DNA of 64,000 nt from Botryllus schlosseri (lineage: Eukaryota), in assembly GCA_051294905.1 (NCBI GenBank), contig CM119376.1:4898001-4962000 (forward strand). Direction: 5' to 3'. Under the pieces are notes generated by a model. The model was not told where the DNA came from, did no database searches, and saw only the letters and a program-made list of their open reading frames with translations. Position numbers and translations under genes: made by a program. The first letter of the stretch is position 1; every line of letters begins with the position of its first letter. Shown here piece after piece: positions 60,208-64,000 of the stretch.

Positions 60208-61584
60208 ACTTCAAGGTAAGAAAACGAGCGTTTCTTGATGAAGCCAAGTTCTAATGTGAGTTCTGCGTTTCTTCGCATTACAGAGCTCGACAAGACCAGA
60301 TGAATCGGAAAATTTTGTTCATTCTCCTGATTGCAAATCCGCATCATGAGAAAAAATCGTCGAAAACAATAAATCATACCTGGTCAAAATATCTCATGAG
60401 TGCATTTGCTGCAGCCATACCTGGAATTCATGAAAAAGTTGAAGTTCAGAATGCGTCCAGGACAGGGATATCTAGACTGTGACGGGATTGATAACTAGTC
60501 AATTGACCGCGTACTCAGTTGACGGTATAAGGGCATTGCTTACAACAGCAGTTGAGGCGGAAGAGTGTCGTTGCGCTAGATCTAGTCTAGATATCGCTGG
60601 TCCAGGAATATGGACACTCAGTACTATTATACAGTCTACACGGAACTAATTTGAGTTAAAGTCACACTCGATTCCATCCTGTAGGCATACGACTCATCTT
60701 CTTACACGTAAGTCAATACGAAAACGAATTCAAATGATTAAGGCGTAGCATACACTTTCTACGGCACGATAGTATTAAATCGCAGAGCCAGGCCGCGCTG
60801 TCAGAGGAAAGTATGTTGGAATCCAGTCACTCGTGGATTTTTAAGCTTGGCCTCGTTTAGCTTTTCTATGGAACTCGCCAAGTATATGTCTTAGGTCCAC
60901 TGTTATGTTCCTGATCTTGTTAGAACAAAAACTCAATACGACGAGGTTGCAATATGAAATCAGCATAATATCATAAGAACAACTTAAGACGGGTGACACG
61001 ATCCATAGTGCAGGTAAACGAAAGGCAATAGACAACAGAACACAGGGTGTAAATACGAAGCACGACACACGAAGAAATAATGATTGTCGGTAATTACTAA
61101 TTCTAGTGACAAATAAGAGACAAACGATACCAACGTAAAATGTACGAACATAACAGCTTTTATATGGCACTCGCCAATTTTATGTATCAGTTCCACTGCG
61201 GTCGTTGCCTCGAGTATTTCAATGACTTCTTTAAGTCGGAATCAAAAGCGCACAAGTACAACACACGCGCGTCCACGTCGTCCAAATATATTTTATGATC
61301 GACCGAAAAGATCATCGCTTTATTAAATATGCCGGACCTGATTTGTGGAACAGCATCCGGCCGGCCATTCGACAGTCGACGAGCATGTCCACATTCAAGT
61401 CAAAATACAAGCAATTAGTAGTAAATAAATACTAGTCCATCCTCAAGATTACTGGACCACACGACTGACCTATCGATCTCGCTTTCCATGACATGCCTCC
61501 CCATTTCTTTTCGCTTTATTTTTTCTATACTATTTTCTCTATTTTTCATTCAGTGTGCATGCCTCCTCTTTACATCGCCTAGAG

Positions 61585-64000
61585 CAGTGGTTCTTAACCT
61601 TGCCTCCAGCGCCCCCCAAGGGGCGTTGGCGATTTTGAAGGGAGAGGAAACGCTCAGGGGGCGATATGGGGGGCGCTGGGCTCAGGGGGGGCGGTAAGGG
61701 GGGCGCTGGAGAAAAATATCTTCGCAGTAGATGATGTCAGTGTTGGGATCAAGTCACTACCATCGAGTCACGAGTCATTTCGAGTCATTGCACATTTTGA
61801 CTCGAGTCAAGTCAAGTCAATAGATTTTCAAAGGTGACTCGAGTCAAGTCAAGTCACTCGATCTTTGGAGGTGACTCGAGTCAAGTCGAGTCAAGTCAAG
61901 TCAAGTCACGAGTCAAGTTGTCTTTTCGAAGTATGAGGCATGATTACGTCGTTGCAATTTGCAAGATGTCTGCAATACAGATTGAGTGGTCATTGATTCC
62001 GAACCGATGAACGAATATAGAGTTAAATACGCGCGCAAGAAGACGCTGCATCGCTCACATATACGTAAAACTATTAAACTACGTAAGTAATTGCATAACC
62101 TCAGTTTATAGTTACCAGCCAAAATAGAGAAGAGACAAACGAATTGATAAGATGCAATACATTACCCATTTACGAATAGATATGATACAATTCGAGTATG
62201 CGTTGAGGACAATATATAAACTATATTCGAATTCAATTCAAATAAAACAAGAGGTTTGGTACAGGTAAAAGAACAGAGAACAGAAATAGACATTTTGCTA
62301 TTTTATTACTACTAGAGTGAACGACAACGTAAGCTGTAAGCTTCGATCACTTCGTTTGCGGTCAATTTATTTATGAGAGAACAATCGCGGCTCGGTGAAA
62401 CGCTCGATCATTGAATGATTGATCGCTTTCAAGGGTTACACCAGCGTTTCGCGAACAATCCGAACATATGCAAGATACAGTGATTTTTATCGACACCGAT
62501 TACTTGATGACTTGAAATTGACCCGTGAATTTTGCTTCGAGTCACGAGTCAATCCACATTTCTGATACGTCGAGTCAAGTCAAGTGAAGTCATTTTAGCA
62601 AAGTGACTCGACTCAAGTCAAGTCTTACGAAATAGTGACTCGAGTCTGACTCGAGTCAAGTCATGAATCGAGTCATCCCAACACTGGATGATGTGGTGGT
62701 AGGACATATCCCTAATGAGTATTCAGAGTAAATTAACACCGAAAACTTCGTTATATATAGCCTACAAAATACATTTAGGTTTAATTGTCCATGGGCGCCT
62801 AAATGAGTGGCACCGAATGTTCCTGTCTTGGCAATCTGAACCCCAGAAGACGAATTCCATCTGGCAGGGGAAAATTATATGCAAGTGAAGAAATACCACT
62901 CTGAAATCGTGTGCGTCTTTTAGTTTAGTACGATTGGGCGACAGGGTTATCTAAAACTAGATATTCCTGTTGGGCGATATCCCTGTTGAGCGATTCTATA
63001 TTTTTTGATATAGCAGACAGGAGGTCACGAAATAACATCATGCAACGAAGTCATACCAGCGGGTTCGCCCGCCCGAATATGTTTAATTATCAGTTACGGG
63101 CCCTACAGCCCTACAAGACACCTCACAATGTTCGCTCTAAGTTTTGATGAGTCTGCGCACAGTCTGCGCTGACCCTTGGACAACAGTGCGTAATAGCTAA
63201 AATAAGGTCATAACTTCGGATTTGTTGTGCGCAACGTAGATTTTCTGTGCGCAGAGACCGTGCACTACGCACGTGCGTAGCTTAGAGGGAACATTGCACC
63301 TCACTCAGCTCTACTGGTAAATCTGGTAACGTGAGCAGAGAGGACAAGAAATTGACAGCAATATATATGCAATTCCCGATCTTACTGACCGATTATATTA
63401 TGAATTATCGAAAGTTTTCGCGCTTCGCACTGGCTCGCTAAACAGTACAGCTGATTCCTGACAAAAGCGAACGACGTGATGGGAGGCGGTCGGTTTATCA
63501 CCCTATGGGATCCCAAGACCCAAGTTTTTTTCGGGGGGCCTGACGAAGTGCCGTTTCGTTCCTGCCAACGGGTATACGCCCGAAGATGAATAATTATTAT
63601 TGAGGGGTCCTACCTTTTCAATCACACATCACTCAGCTTTACCGGTAAATCTGTTTACCCGAGCAGAGATAGGATGAAAATTGATCTCAACATACATGCA
63701 ATTCCCGATTATATTGACCAATTCAATTATTAATTAGTGAAATTTTTCTCGCTTCGCGCGTCTAGGCGAGAATAGCTGCCTCGGTAAACGGACACCCAAT
63801 GTAGATGACTATAGTTTCAGCAAAGAACGAATAGCCGAAAGGGGGTATGGGGGCGAAGCCCCCCGGAAGTTTGGTTTATCACCCGATGGGGGCCCAAGAC
63901 CAACGCTTTTTTGGGGGGGGCTGACGAAGTGCTGTTACGGCCCTGGTAACGAATTAATTGTACCTAAGGGCACGCCCAAATATGTTTAATTATTAATTAC
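61585..64000. mobile_element. hAT element with tandem satellite-like cargo, running off the window
   Basis: Left TIR cagtggttcttaacc preceded by gcctagag. The module start ggg..cgccc(g/a)aa.atg recurs at 63061, 63571 and 63970. Confidence 0.75.
61738..62686. mobile_element. hAT MITE with GACTCGAGTC repeats, nested insertion
   Basis: TIR cagtgttgggat / atcccaacactg with a perfect 8-bp TSD GATGATGT (61730-61737, 62687-62694). The uninterrupted empty site is visible at ~47505-47520. Confidence 0.92.

Larger units (their letters stand above)
52490..60925. repeat. Large inverted duplication (arms ~52490-54890 and ~56575-60925, ~2.4 kb each after removing insertions)
   Basis: Mirror ORFs (53004+ / 59873-; 53697- / 59212+; 53527+ / 59439-) and by-eye reverse-complement alignment. 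Near identity around the gene, clearly lower identity at the outer and inner flanks. The right arm is interrupted by hAT insertions 57012-57950 and 57969-58759. Confidence 0.92.

Overview
Eukaryotic (metazoan) genomic DNA with spliceosomal GT-AG genes, several very short introns (55-92 nt) and dense DNA-transposon debris. The taxon cannot be fixed from sequence alone. No prokaryotic operons, CRISPR arrays, rRNA or true tRNA genes were seen. The first 31 kb holds four host genes that I reconstructed exon by exon: an atypical short-chain dehydrogenase/reductase (4 exons, +), SETD3 (12 exons, +), FKBP2 ending in KDEL (5 exons, -) and an intronless WASHC2/FAM21 (-). The rest is mostly mobile DNA with two stand-outs. 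(1) A decayed Mutator/NOF-FB-like transposase gene (36322-43011). After removing a 1.6-kb hAT insertion (8-bp TSD) and repairing two frameshifts and two stops, it encodes one ~1,680-aa polyprotein: PHD finger, Zn ribbon, DDE transposase, Ulp1 SUMO protease, USP deubiquitinase and an unknown C-terminal domain. (2) A ~2.4-kb inverted duplication (about 52.5-60.9 kb) carrying two divergently oriented, near-identical 3-exon genes for an unrecognised 116-aa secreted, Cys-rich, strongly cationic protein. Also present: foldback elements with 9-bp TSDs (one with a telomere-like array), many hAT MITEs with 8-bp TSDs, a solo LTR, tRNA-derived SINEs and palindromic MITE families. All identities and alignments were judged by eye; no database searches were run.
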